DNA of 63,147 nucleotides, the filler included, from Octopus bimaculoides (Eukaryota): assembly GCF_001194135.2 (NCBI RefSeq). It is 6 parts of 6 records of this genome, joined end to end, with 100 filler letters (N's around TTAATTAATTAA, not from the genome) between each part and the next. Parts side by side here need not be neighbours in the genome. Positions count along the whole stretch, not along the records: positions 44,676 to 53,163 come from NC_068992.1; positions 53,264 to 59,884 come from NC_068981.1; positions 59,985 to 63,147 come from NC_069000.1; 3 more parts are not named here. One strand, 5' to 3'. The position numbers and the translations under genes were made by a program. Below, piece after piece: positions 51,754-63,147 of the stretch. A model generated the notes under the pieces. That model worked only from the letters and a program-made list of their open reading frames with translations, had not been told where the DNA came from and did not search any database. How positions within the stretch are numbered: the first letter of the stretch is position 1; the number at the start of each line of letters is the position of its first letter.

Positions 51754-53026
51754 AAATGGAGTTAAACGCAGGCGTTATTCAAATATTTATACATCCGACA
51801 TGTAAATTTGCAGTGTTAGGGACATAACCGTTCTTTAAGACCCTTTTTACGTTATAAAAGTAAATATAGGACTTTTAAAGATAATGACCTTAATAACAAT
51901 GTATGTCCTAGTAAAACCGTTTCATTGATAGTTCCCTATGGTAAGCAGATCAAATCCAAACTTGTTTACCAGTTTCGTGAAGTTATCGATAAATAGATAA
52001 GAATTTTCCCCAAAATTCAAGACAACCGAATTAGTATAGGATTTTCAAACACCAAAAACATTTTACAAATCATCTCTTCGCATAGCAATAAGTTGTTAAA
52101 TACAAATCCACTTAATGAAAATAATAACATTAATATTATTAACACTAACCATTCTGTGAACAATAACAACAACAATATTAATATTTCTGATATAAATTCG
52201 AATCGCATTCGTTTCCTTAGCAGTAATTTTAAGACTAGAAACTCTGTTTATCAATGTAAAATTACTTCCGGTTCTGATGTCCTTTTTTACATAGGTAGTT
52301 CTTTATCTCTGTTGTCCAAAAGAATATCTAACCATTACTCTACATTTAGACATATCAATAAACGCAACAATACTTGGCTTAGTAAATTAATTTGGTAAAT
52401 TAATTAAGGAACATAATAAACAATTTGATTTGGAATGGAATATTCTATCTAGATTCTTTGCATACGATAAAGGTAAATCCTTTTGCCCATTCTGTAACGA
52501 AGAACAGTATCTCATCCTCCTCTCGGAGAATTCTCTTGCAAAAACGTTTCAAGAACGCGATTATCGTTGCAAACATTGGCAAAAACATATCTTTAGTTCC
52601 TATAAGTAATTTCTACCAATCTATATAATTCGACTTTATCTGTCTTCTTATATTTCATTTCCACTACATATATCTATTTACACGCCTTTAAGATCTATTT
52701 CCACTCATATATCGCATTATATATCTCCACTCTTAATCTTCTATCAATTTCTGTCTTTTTCTTCCTTCTCTTTCTCTAAATTACCCTTGACGTTAAATCT
52801 ATTAACGGCTTTTAAAAAAAAATAACTTGCTAGCGTTCCCATCATCATATACGCAGTAATCATATTCGGTGAGAATGGCTTATTGATGCATTTTGTTTTT
52901 CTTTTTCCCTGATGAGATTACATTGTTTTACATCATTTTATTCCCTCAAGAATAATACCAATGTTTTCTTCGAAACTTATGTCGGAAGTATAAAGATTTG
53001 AATAACACCTGCGTTGAACTCCATTT
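51754..53026 (+). mobile_element. 3' part of a different Penelope-like element: GIY-YIG remnant (~52200-52620), terminal repeat with HHR, and an upstream inverted partial repeat (51754-51801)
   Basis: SVYQCKITSGSDVLFYIGSS..KRISNHYSTFRH..TWLSKLIW / FDLEWNIL..CPFCNEE. aaatggagttaaacgcaggcgttattcaaat..ccgacat is the reverse complement of 52979-53026. Confidence 0.85.
52901..52995 (+). ncRNA. Type-I hammerhead ribozyme with canonical core and GUC cleavage site (after 52983)
   Basis: cttt-ttcc-CTGATGA(52909-52915)-g..acattg..caatgt..c-GAAAC-ttat-GTC-ggaa-gtat-aaag: bulged stem I, long stem II, 2-bp stem III. Confidence 0.8.
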
Positions 53027-53163
53027 CTTAATTATCTATGACAGGAGAGTGAAAAAGGGAGATAAATATCTGTGCGTGCGCGAGTGTCTGTGAGTGTGTG
53101 TGTGATAACAGAACGTGTGTGTGCGTATGTATGTATGTATGTATGTATGTGTGTGTGTGTGTG

Positions 53164-53263
53164 NNNNNNNNNNNNNNNNNNNNNNNNNNNNNNNNNNNNN
53201 NNNNNNNTTAATTAATTAANNNNNNNNNNNNNNNNNNNNNNNNNNNNNNNNNNNNNNNNNNNN
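53164..53263. other. Artificial 100-nt assembly spacer
   Basis: N44-TTAATTAATTAA-N44. Confidence 0.95.
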
Positions 53264-53768
53264 CACTTAGCTGTCGGCAATATATGACAGATTTTTCTGG
53301 GAACAGATCAATAGGATTCATCATGGATGGATACCCCTAATCGAGGGATAAATATTCATAAAATATGGAATACACATCCACTCAGCCATATATATATATA
53401 TACATACATAAACACATATATGTATGTGTGTATGTACATATATGCATATATATGTATGTATGTATACATACAAACACACACACACATATATATATATATA
53501 TATGTATGCATATATACGTATATTCATTTATATATATATCGACACATACACACACACAGAAGTACACATACACACACCCATGTTAAATGCAGGCAGGCGT
53601 CGTTTTATTTATGTTTAAGTGTATTTAAGTGATTATCAGTGATATTACACCTGACATCAGAGCATTTGATGCATATCATCTTCTTTGAGCTTTTCATATT
53701 CAAAGATAGTTATTCGTAAATAAATATACGCCAAATACCAGATTAATGCCTACACACTTTATGCATAA

Positions 53769-53845
<77 letters not shown>

Positions 53846-54267
53846 CACACACATATATAACATATATATACGTTTGTGTAAATGAGTGTGTATATAAATA
53901 TGATGAAATGATTGCTATTTTCGCTGTGCATTACAAATCTTTCGCGGCCATCATAACATAAACACTCTATTTCAGAGGACACTGCGAAACGATGCATCAC
54001 CTGAGGCTTGTTTCATCAAGCAACACCATTGCAAACACCTTGATATCACAGCACCAATATACTTACAGAGAGCCAAATGTTTATAACGAAACACTTCTGT
54101 TTCACTCCTATTTACGTTAGAAAGGAACCGAATAAATAAGCAGCGAACAGCAGCGAAATTAGAAACATATATTTTATTTATTGCTTCAAAGAAAATAACG
54201 AGTCTTACGCTTGTGTGTGGATATGTGTATAGGAGTGTTAGGGGGTAATCTGTACAATTGTGTGTAT

Positions 54268-54301
<34 letters not shown>

Positions 54302-54419
54302 ATTATGATTTCAGCCTTAGTTGTTATCGTGTTTCGTATCGGCATTTTCACGTTCACTTGAATATTTTTAGAAAAATATGAATCCTTTTTCTTTCGCTTT
54401 TTGTTTTTTTCTTTTGCGC

Positions 54420-54510
<91 letters not shown>

Positions 54511-55492
54511 TGTGGTGTGTGTGTGTGTGAGGTTGTGTCTGTGTGCCTGTGTGTGTGTATACGTATCTATATATATAAATATAAAGATACGCATTGGTAT
54601 ATAGTATACCCACATACATACATATGTACATATGCGTGTATAAACGCATATGCATATATAAATGTATATATATTTATAAATATAGGCATATACATGCAGA
54701 TAAATATGATTATATATATATGTATGCATCGACATATTACTCAGTTACACTGACACACACACACACATACACACTCACACACACACAAATTTGTAGTGCA
54801 ATATATGGATACTCGGAATCCTGTAGCAATCACAGAAAGCTCTTCCAATGGACCCGGTTACCATACTACATATTAATCTAATACAGAAGAGTACAACGTA
54901 TAATATTACGCAGCTGAAGTCCAGCAGATCCGGACTATGAGATTATTTCATGAGATAGGTATAGACCGTAAAAAGAAATGAAGAGCTATTAGAGGTGAAT
55001 ATATTTACTACAATTGTATAATTTTATTGTGTAATGAATAGTATTCAAACTGGTGCACACATGCAAAATAAGTTTTTAAAGACACTGAAATTATTATTAT
55101 TACATGATGAAGGTTGCGAAACGGCCGTAATCGTAAGGATATCAAATGGTTAAATAAATATGTTCTCTTTCTCTCTCTCTCTCTTGATATATATATATAT
55201 ATATATACTCATGTATAAGAATTAGCACCTGATGAACGTACGCATGTACGGGAAACTATTAGTAGCTTGATAAGTTGTTGAAACGTTCAGTAATATNNNN
55301 NNNNNNNNNNNNNNNNNNNNNNNNNNNNNNNNNNNNNNNNNNNNNNNNNNNNNNNNNNNNNNNNNNNNNNNNNNNNNNNNNNNNNNNNNNNNNNNNNNNN
55401 NNNNNNNNNNNNNNNNNNNNNNNNNNNNNNNNNNNNNNNNNNNNNNNNNNNNNNNNNNNNNNNNNNNNNNNNNNNNNNNNNNNNNNNNNNNN

Positions 55493-55555
<63 letters not shown>

Positions 55556-56479
55556 CACAAAACATACACTTATACACTTGTTTGTTCAAACTGTATGAAA
55601 AGTGGCAGATAGTCAAGTATATATCTTAAGGAGTTATGTGTTCGTATCCTACCCAGGTTAACAAACAGGTGTCTCTAAGTTCACGTCACTGGATATAAGG
55701 TTTATTCACTGTGGAGGTAATTTACCGGTGCAGGCAGCGGGATCACTATGAACTTAACGAATGTTTTGTCTGTGCTGTTTAAAAGTATTCTCATGGGTAT
55801 TTATTTCACCAACAATTTCGAGAATGCAGCTCAGTATCATTGCGATTTTTGAATAAAGATTAAGATGACTGAAACAGACATTGAGTAGAGCGGCCATGTT
55901 TTTTGATAAGGTCGCGAATGGCGATGAAAAGACCTTGACAAACCTAATTGATTGATTGAGTGATTGATTAACTGAATGATCAATCAAACAATCAATTACT
56001 TGTTTGTTAAATGGTTAAGAAATTGACTAATTAACAAAAGAAGTGAAATACAATCAGTGTTTGCGATTATTATTGGTATAATGTCCCTCTCGAGAAACAA
56101 CAAAATTTGTTTCAACGCACTGGTTCACATCAAGAATTTTACAAACCAAATTAGAAAAACAAAATATCAAAAGGTCAGAGTTTGATAGGTTTAGCTCGGT
56201 TGTCATTGGTAACTTGAGCAACAGGAAGTCATGCTAGTTAGATAATAAATGAGGCGAAACAACCTGTTCATATGTTGTAGGATCGTGTCTTAGTAAATAT
56301 ATGTTACCTTCCCACAGTCAACCAGTTTGTAAATAAAGGTTTTATTGAGTCAAGTCTTTGTTTATCTTGGATACAAGTAATAAACGTAAAAGAATGACAT
56401 TAGATACCCAACGCCATATATCAACAATGTCGGTCAACCTTGTCACTCTTTTCTCGTTTGGGATGTGATTGCCAGTGGC

Positions 56480-57035
56480 ATATTTATTAATTATTCGTCA
56501 GTCGTTGTCGACGATGACCAAGGACATCATATGAATAAAGAAGACAGGGTACGGTGAGTCCGTCTGTAGCCCGATGCGGAATCTGAAAGCTCTGCCGCAG
56601 AACGGGCACTGGTGGTCTGTTGCGAATGAAGCCAAGCAGAGATGGATGTGGAATTGCGTTGTTTGCGTTTTCTTTGTGTCCTTGCAATTCTGTTCTCTTT
56701 ATAGGAGGCGTCATCTCTGTTGGTGCATCTTCATAAGGCAAGGCGGTCTTGTGTTTGCGTTTCCCGGGTGCCAAGGTTTATCTTAAAGCTCTTCAGTGAA
56801 GCTATGTGTATATCATGGAAGCACTTTTCCTGTCCACCTTGCGTGCGCTTGCATTCTGTCCAATTCACTGTAAAACAGTCTCTTGGGGAATCGCGTGTGA
56901 AGCATTCGAACAGGGTGGCCTTCCCACCTGACTTGTGCTCTCCTTGGCAGTTTGTAAATACTTGGCAGATCAGCTGTGTTTGGTACCTTTTCTTGCCGGG
57001 TCCCAGAGCAGAACGTAAGCACTGGGACAGCAACA
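56480..57035 (-). mobile_element. RTE/BovB-like LINE 3' end
   Basis: RAQVRWEGHPVRMLHTRFPKRLFYSEL..QGGQEKCF...SLKSFKI, followed by a terminal CPFCGRAFRFRIGL zinc-finger-like motif. Confidence 0.85.
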
Positions 57036-57448
57036 AACCAGTCTATTGTTATAGGTATTTAACTCAATCTACTCCCACTTTGTTCCCTATCCGCAGGACC
57101 AAACCCTAAAGGCGATATCAGAGACAACGGAAAGATGTTCTAGCTGGATCCGTTCGAAGAGAAGCAAAATCGATCTCCACACCGTTTGAAGGCAATAATT
57201 TTGTGTTTTAACGCCAAGGGAAGTAATTCTGAGTGAGTCATTGTGATAGCGTTGACATTTCACCGCTACCATGACAACCAACGTTATTTCTTTTTCTTTA
57301 AGTATATATTTGAAATCTGAGGGGACAGAGCCCTGCAGCGCGATGAATAGCGCCGATCGCTGAAGCTCGGAATTCCAGCCATTGAGGAGAAACAACAGAG
57401 AGAGAATACGAAAGATCATATGAGAGTCGTCACGTGCCTTAACCTGCA

Positions 57449-57546
57449 GCAGATGTAATCGCTGCTGCAGATGTAATCGCTGCTGCAGATGTAATCGCTG
57501 CTGCAGATGTAATCGCTGCTGCAGATGTAATCGCTGCTGCAGATGT
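57449..57546. repeat. 18-bp minisatellite GCAGATGTAATCGCTGCT, 5 perfect units plus a partial unit
   Basis: Direct count of units starting at 57449, 57467, 57485, 57503 and 57521. Confidence 0.95.
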
Positions 57547-57598
57547 GGAGCAGATCTTGTAGGGNNNNNNNNNNNNNNNNNNNNNNNNNNNNNNNNNN

Positions 57599-57692
57599 GA
57601 GGAGGTGGAGGAGGAGGAGAAGAAGAAGAAGAAGAAGAAAAAGAAGAAGAAGAAGAAGAAGAAGAAGAAGAAGAAGAAGAAGAAGAAGAAGA
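57599..57692. repeat. (GAG)/(GAA)n trinucleotide repeat
   Basis: Direct reading of the sequence. Confidence 0.95.
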
Positions 57693-58338
57693 ATATATAT
57701 TTGAAAGGTGAATCAACGGAGAGGATTTACAACTAGATGAAATCTCTAAGCAGTTTAAATGCACGAATCTCCGATATCCAAGTGGCTAAAAAGTGTCAGC
57801 CGAAGGGCATCCAGGAGTCATGATCTTGATGCGGCTCGGCCCCATCTTAGCGAGTAAAAAGTGAAGGGCCGAAGAAGACTCCTGCTGTTCGTCTCTCTGT
57901 TGAGAGTTTCTTACCACTGTAAACGTTCATTGTTGGGTCTCAGAATGCATTGGCGCAGACAGGACATGAACCATTAAACCAGCTGATCAGTTCTCTCACG
58001 TTTTATTTAATGTGGTTCATGAGAGTTTCTAAAATAAATAACAGGAAATAGAAAGACACGGATGCAGCGAAGCGTGAAAGAATAAATTTAGAAAAGTATT
58101 GATATCCAGTTGCCATATAGATAGCATTTGATCGATTGATTTCTGAAATATCGATAATTCAATTTGTCAGGCTGTGTGTTATCATTTCTAGGTGAGACCA
58201 CTTACACAACATTTCAGAATTATATCAATTTAAAATAGACTTTAACAATGGTTTATTTCTTTAGACGTGTCAAAATATTTATTGGAAATATAGAGCAAAA
58301 ACATTCCCATACATAGACACATACATGCATTTATGTAC

Positions 58339-58381
<43 letters not shown>

Positions 58382-58593
58382 CAGCACATATAAGCACACA
58401 TACACAGATACGTCTGTGTTTGCCTGGCTGTATGTCTGTAGGTTTGTAAGCGTGAGTATGTATATAATATATTTCAGCTGCTCGAGTGATCTGTTGCCCT
58501 GGTATAGCTTAAATAAAGTATTGACGCCATATTTGTTTTAAGCACTCCATCTCCCGATCGTTACTTACCAGCAAATACACAGAAAAGCACATA

Positions 58594-58625
<32 letters not shown>

Positions 58626-58631
58626 CATACA

Positions 58632-58727
58632 GGCGCAGGTGTGGCTGTGTGGTTAGTAGGTTGATTACCAACGTCACATTTCCGGGTTCAATCCCACTGT
58701 GTGACACCTTGGGCAATTGTCTTCTAC
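58632..58727 (+). mobile_element. SINE family 1 head, running into (TA)n and a gap
   Basis: ggcgcaggtgtggctgtgtggttag...gggttcaatcccactgtgtgacaccttgggcaattgtcttctac. Confidence 0.88.
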
Positions 58728-58728
58728 A

Positions 58729-58761
<33 letters not shown>

Positions 58762-59315
58762 NNNNNNNNNNNNNNNNNNNNNNNNNNNNNNNNNNNNNNN
58801 NNNNNNNNNNNNNNNNNNNNNNNNNNNNNNNNNNNNNNNNNNNNNNNNNNNNNNNNNNNNNNNNNNNNNNNNNNNNNNNNNNNNNNNNNNNNNNNNNNNN
58901 NNNNNNNNNNNNNNNNNNNNNNNNNNNNNNNNNNNNNNNNNNNNNNNNNNNNNNNNNNNNNNNNNNNNNNNNNNNNNNNNNNNNNNNNNNNNNNNNNNNN
59001 NNNNNNNNNNNNNNNNNNNNNNNNNNNNNNNNNNNNNNNNNNNNNNNNNNNNNNNNNNNNNNNNNNNNNNNNNNNNNNNNNNNNNNNNNNNNNNNNNNNN
59101 NNNNNNNNNNNNNNNNNNNNNNNNNNNNNNNNNNNNNNNNNNNNNNNNNNNNNNNNNNNNNNNNNNNNNNNNNNNNNNNNNNNNNNNNNNNNNNNNNNNN
59201 NNNNNNNNNNNNNNNNNNNNNNNNNNNNNNNNNNNNNNNNNNNNNNNNNNNNNNNNNNNNNNNNNNNNNNNNNNNNNNNNNNNNNNNNNNNNNNNNNNNN
59301 NNNNNNNNNNNNNNN

Positions 59316-59352
<37 letters not shown>

Positions 59353-59359
<7 letters not shown>

Positions 59360-59625
59360 TTACGAAAAGGGAGTTGGAAAAATGCGGGCAGCATATGTTT
59401 CATAGCGAGTGGAACCTTAGAAGCGAGGTGTATAACACCGTCTACATTTCAGGCCAAGAATATATTGATTGCATTAAAGGCTGCCTCTAATCTAATCAAG
59501 ATATCCTTGTCCTGAAGTGTAGACGGCGGCATACACCTCGCTTGGATTTTAACACTTCCGAGGTTCCAGTCGCTATGAAACATATGCTGCCCGCATTTTT
59601 CCAACTCCATTTTCGTAACTTTTGT
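59353..59625. mobile_element. ~273-bp near-perfect palindromic (fold-back/MITE-like) element
   Basis: acaaaagttacgaaaagggagttggaaaaatgcgggcagcatatgtttcatagcga... is mirrored by ...tcgctatgaaacatatgctgcccgcatttttccaactccattttcgtaacttttgt. The ORF track gives the same peptide on both strands. Confidence 0.85.
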
Positions 59626-59839
59626 ACTCTTTTTCGCACACTCAGCAACCCTGGTCAATTATCGTGGAATATAAAAAGGACTTTTTTTCCGTTCATCGTT
59701 CTTCGATAAGGAAAACTAATCTGCAATAAACTACTATCTCAACAAACCAATATTGTTTCCTGAAAGTTGAAAGTTGTTTTTTTTATATTCACTACGGATT
59801 GCTTGAAGCTAACTTTTCTCCTACACCTCGACCCCTGGA

Positions 59840-59884
<45 letters not shown>

Positions 59885-59984
59885 NNNNNNNNNNNNNNNN
59901 NNNNNNNNNNNNNNNNNNNNNNNNNNNNTTAATTAATTAANNNNNNNNNNNNNNNNNNNNNNNNNNNNNNNNNNNNNNNNNNNN
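59885..59984. other. Artificial 100-nt assembly spacer
   Basis: N44-TTAATTAATTAA-N44. Confidence 0.95.
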
Positions 59985-60010
59985 ATATATATAAATACAT
60001 GTGTATTTAT

Positions 60011-60280
60011 ATCATCATCATCATCATTGTTTGTCTACTTTCCATGCTGCCAAGGGTTGGACGCTTTGACTAAGGTATGGCAAGCCAGTGGACTGCACCA
60101 GGCTCCGATCTGATCTGGCAATATTTCTACAGTTGGGTGCTTTCCTAATGCCAACCACATTGAGAGTGTAGTGGGTGCCTTTTACGTGCCGCTGGCATGG
60201 GAGCCAGTCTGGGGTCATTGACATCGACCATGTTTGGATGGTACATTTTACGTGCCACTGGCATGGGACCCAGTCAGGGG
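60011..60280 (-). mobile_element. Solo 3'-UTR/tail of the PHD-RTE family
   Basis: (ATC)n then tttccatgc...gagagtgtagtgggtgccttttacgtgcc, the reverse complement of 29340-29526-like sequence. Confidence 0.85.
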
Positions 60281-60331
60281 GGATAATCAAAATTCCTCCC
60301 TTTCTGTTACTATATGTGGGTCTATATACAT

Positions 60332-62122
60332 ATCATCATCATCGTTGTCATTTAACGTCCCTTTTCCAAGCTGGCATGGGTTGGACAGTTTGAGGGATGG
60401 CAAGCCAGAAGGCGCAGCTGGCTCCAATCCGATCTGGCAAGCCAGAAGGCGCAGCTGGCTCCAATCCGATCTGGCAAAGTTTCTACAGCTAATGTTAACC
60501 ACTCCGAGTGTATAGTGGTTACTTTTTATGTGCCACCGACACAAGGGCCAGTCAGGTGGTACTGGCATCAACCACTCATGAATAGTGCTTTTTATGTGCC
60601 CCCGGCATGGGAGCCAGTCTGGTGGCACTGGCAACGACTATGCTTGAATGGTGCTTTTTTACATGTCACTGGCACAGGTGCCAACAGGCAGTACTGTCAT
60701 CAGCCACAACAATGACTTAACTTACCTCTACAGGTCTTTGCAAGTGCAGTTTTTTGCCCAATGACTAAAGGGTACTCTTAAATAAGCTGGTTATGCTGCA
60801 CTGGCATAGGCCATGGTTACAGTCTCACTTGGCTTGTCAGGTCTTCTCAAGCACAGCATATCTCCAAAGGTCCCGGTCACTTGTCATTGCCAACGTTCGA
60901 AGGTCGTGCTTAACCACCTCATCCAAGGTCTTCCTGGGTCTACCTCTTCCACAGGTTCCCTCTACTGCTAGGGTGCAACACTTTTTCACACAGCTGTCCT
61001 CATCCATACACAACACATGACCATACCAGTGCAGTCATCTGTCTTACACACCACATCTAATGCTTCTATGTCCAACTTTTCTGTCAGGGCGCTTACACTC
61101 TGTCATGTATGCACACTGACATTACACATCCAGCAGAGCATACTAGCTTCATTCCTTGCAAGCTTACACATGCCCTCAGCAGTCACAGCCCATGTTTCAC
61201 TGCCATGTAGCATAGCTGTTCATACATGTGTCATACAGTCTACCTTTTATTCTGAGTGAAAGGTCCTTAGTTGCCAGCAGAGGTAGGATCTCTCTCAACT
61301 TTGCCCAGACTATTCTTATTCTAGTACCTACACTCTCAGAAGGTAACGGAAGCTATTAACGACTTGTAGTTTTTCCCCTTGGCATGTGATGGAATCTGTT
61401 TTCTGAGAATCTGTGGTGCATCTGCTGCACATGGAAGTTATCTTCCTGGTTAATCCTTCTTTGATGTTGCTGCACCTGTTATGTGTCCATAGCTTACACT
61501 GGGTACATCTCAGCAGGACCATCTACCTGATGAGATTTGTGGTTTGTCTGCCTTCCTACTTATTAAGACCTTGGTTTTTGCTAGGTTGACTCTAAGGCCT
61601 TTCAATTCTAGGCCTTGCTTCCACAGCTAAAACTTCTCTTCTAGTTCTGATAGTGACACAGCTATTAGATCAAGGTCATCAACAAAGAGAAGCTCCCAGG
61701 GGCATCCTGTCTTGAATTCCTCTGTTATTGTCTGGAAGACTATGATAAATAATAAGGGGCTGAGGACTGATCCTTGGTGGACCCCTACCTCTACCTGAAA
61801 TTCTTCACTGTACTTGTTGCCAACCCTCACCTTACTGACAGCGTCCCTGTACATGGCTTGTACAGCTCTCACTAACCATTATTCTATCCTTAGTTTCCAC
61901 ATTGACCACCAGATAAGGGATCGGGGGACCCAGTCAAAGGCTTTCTCCATGTCAACGAAAGCCAGGTACTGAGGTTTTTCTTTGGCTAGATATTTCTCCT
62001 GAAGCTGTCTTACCAGAAATAAAGCAACAGTGGTGCTTTTCCCTGGCACGAACCCAAACTGCATCTCATCTAAACTGACTCTCTCCCTAATTAGTTGGGC
62101 TATGACTCTCTCCATAACTTTC
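60332..62122 (-). mobile_element. PHD-RTE LINE copy, 5'-truncated, degenerate
   Basis: KVMERVIAQLIRERV..MQFGFVPGKST..GVHQGSVLSPLLF..LFVDDL..RCTQCKLWTHNRCSN, then 3' UTR and (GAT)n tail. Confidence 0.92.
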
Positions 62123-63023
62123 TTGCTCAGAGTGAAAGGTAGATTGTATGATGCATGTGTGTGAAGTTCCATGCTTCACAGCAGTGAAACATAGGCTGTG
62201 CCTGTTGACGACATGCATAGACTTGAAAGAAATGAAGCTAATATGATCTGCTGGATGTGTAATGTCACAGTGTGTATACATGAGTGTAAGTGCCCTGAGA
62301 GAAAAGTTGGGCAGAAGAAGCATCAAATGTGATATGCAAGATAGATGACTGTGCTGGTATGGTCATGTGTTACATATGAATAAAGACAGCTGTGTGAGGA
62401 AGTGCTACTCCCTAACTGTAGAAGGAACCTGTAGAAGAGATAGATCCAGGAAGACAGGGGATGAGGTGGTGAAGCATGCCCTTCGAACATTGGGCCTCAC
62501 ACAGGCAATGACAGGACCTTTGGAGATATGCTGTGATTGAGAAGACCCAGCAACTAAAGTGAGATGGCAGCCAATCATGTCCTGCCCTGTTAAAAATACT
62601 CCTGATGCATTGGGAAATATGATATGTTTGAGAAGACCTGTTCAGTCAAGGAAAACTAATATTGTAGCTGGGGCTGGTGCCCTCTGGCTGGCCCTCATGC
62701 TGATGGCAAGTTAAAGGCACCATCTGAATGTGGTCGAAGCCAGGTGCGCCAGGCACATAAAAAACACCAACCGATCGTGACTGGCTCCTGTGCCAGTGGC
62801 ACTTACATCTAAAAGTGTTCGTTGCCAGGCCCACCTTACTGGCTCCTCTGCCAGTGGCATGTAAAAAGCACCCGCTACACTCTCGGAGTCATTGGCGTTA
62901 GGAAACTTTGCCAGACCAGACTGGAACTTGGTGCAGCCGCTGGCTCTCCAGACCTCAGTCAAACCGTCCAACCCATGTCAGCATGGAAAACGGACGTTAA
63001 TCGAGGGTGTTGATGATGATGAT
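62123..63023 (+). mobile_element. PHD-RTE LINE 3' portion joined head-to-head to the previous copy
   Basis: Starts LRVKGRLYDACV; RLCWYGHV; 3' UTR modules; ends tgatgatgatgatg. Confidence 0.9.
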
Positions 63024-63112
63024 GGTATATATTTAATGTATTTATATATATATGATGTATGTATGTATGTATCTATCTATCTATATTGTGTATGTATGTA
63101 TATGTATGTATG

Positions 63113-63147
<35 letters not shown>

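Noticed and set aside
55754-55987. 77-codon minus-strand ORF after an AG acceptor-like site
   Set aside because: Weak polypyrimidine tract, starts in a (CAAT)n repeat, and no recognisable protein.
57449-57546. Metallothionein-like CRCNRC repeat on the plus strand, or a CRISPR-like array
   Set aside because: In-frame TGA at 57421 with no start codon; units are contiguous with no spacers, and the context is eukaryotic.
60400-60478. 37-bp tandem duplication in an RTE 3' UTR
   Set aside because: Local slippage in a decayed copy; no sign of function.

Overview
Eukaryotic, AT-rich, repeat-saturated draft-assembly sequence. The repeat families look like those of an octopod cephalopod (probably Octopus); this is an inference from recalled repeat sequences, not a search result. 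No host gene can be named; only two weak candidate exons were seen. Five identical 100-nt artificial spacers (N44-TTAATTAATTAA-N44) divide the window into six blocks that may not be adjacent in the genome. Content is microsatellites, two tRNA-derived SINE families, and decayed LINEs (CR1-like, RTE, L1/Tx1, R4-like and another RLE type). There are also four Penelope-like element (PLE) ORF pieces, a mariner, two Tc1-like copies and several long inverted-repeat elements. Nearly all listed ORFs are microsatellite or N-gap artefacts, or transposon remnants. The main discovery candidate is a recurring minimal type-I hammerhead ribozyme (HHR) signature: stem I, CUGAnGA, an extra nucleotide, stem II, GAAAC-GUH, stem I'. 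It occurs in PLE terminal repeats and also in the body of a tRNA-headed SINE-like element, which sits here as a head-to-head inverted dimer flanked by a 9-bp target-site duplication (11273-12081). This suggests a Pol III / ribozyme / Penelope-dependent non-autonomous retroelement. A second highlight is an RTE LINE with a PHD-type zinc finger inserted inside its reverse transcriptase. Coordinates of decayed elements are approximate.
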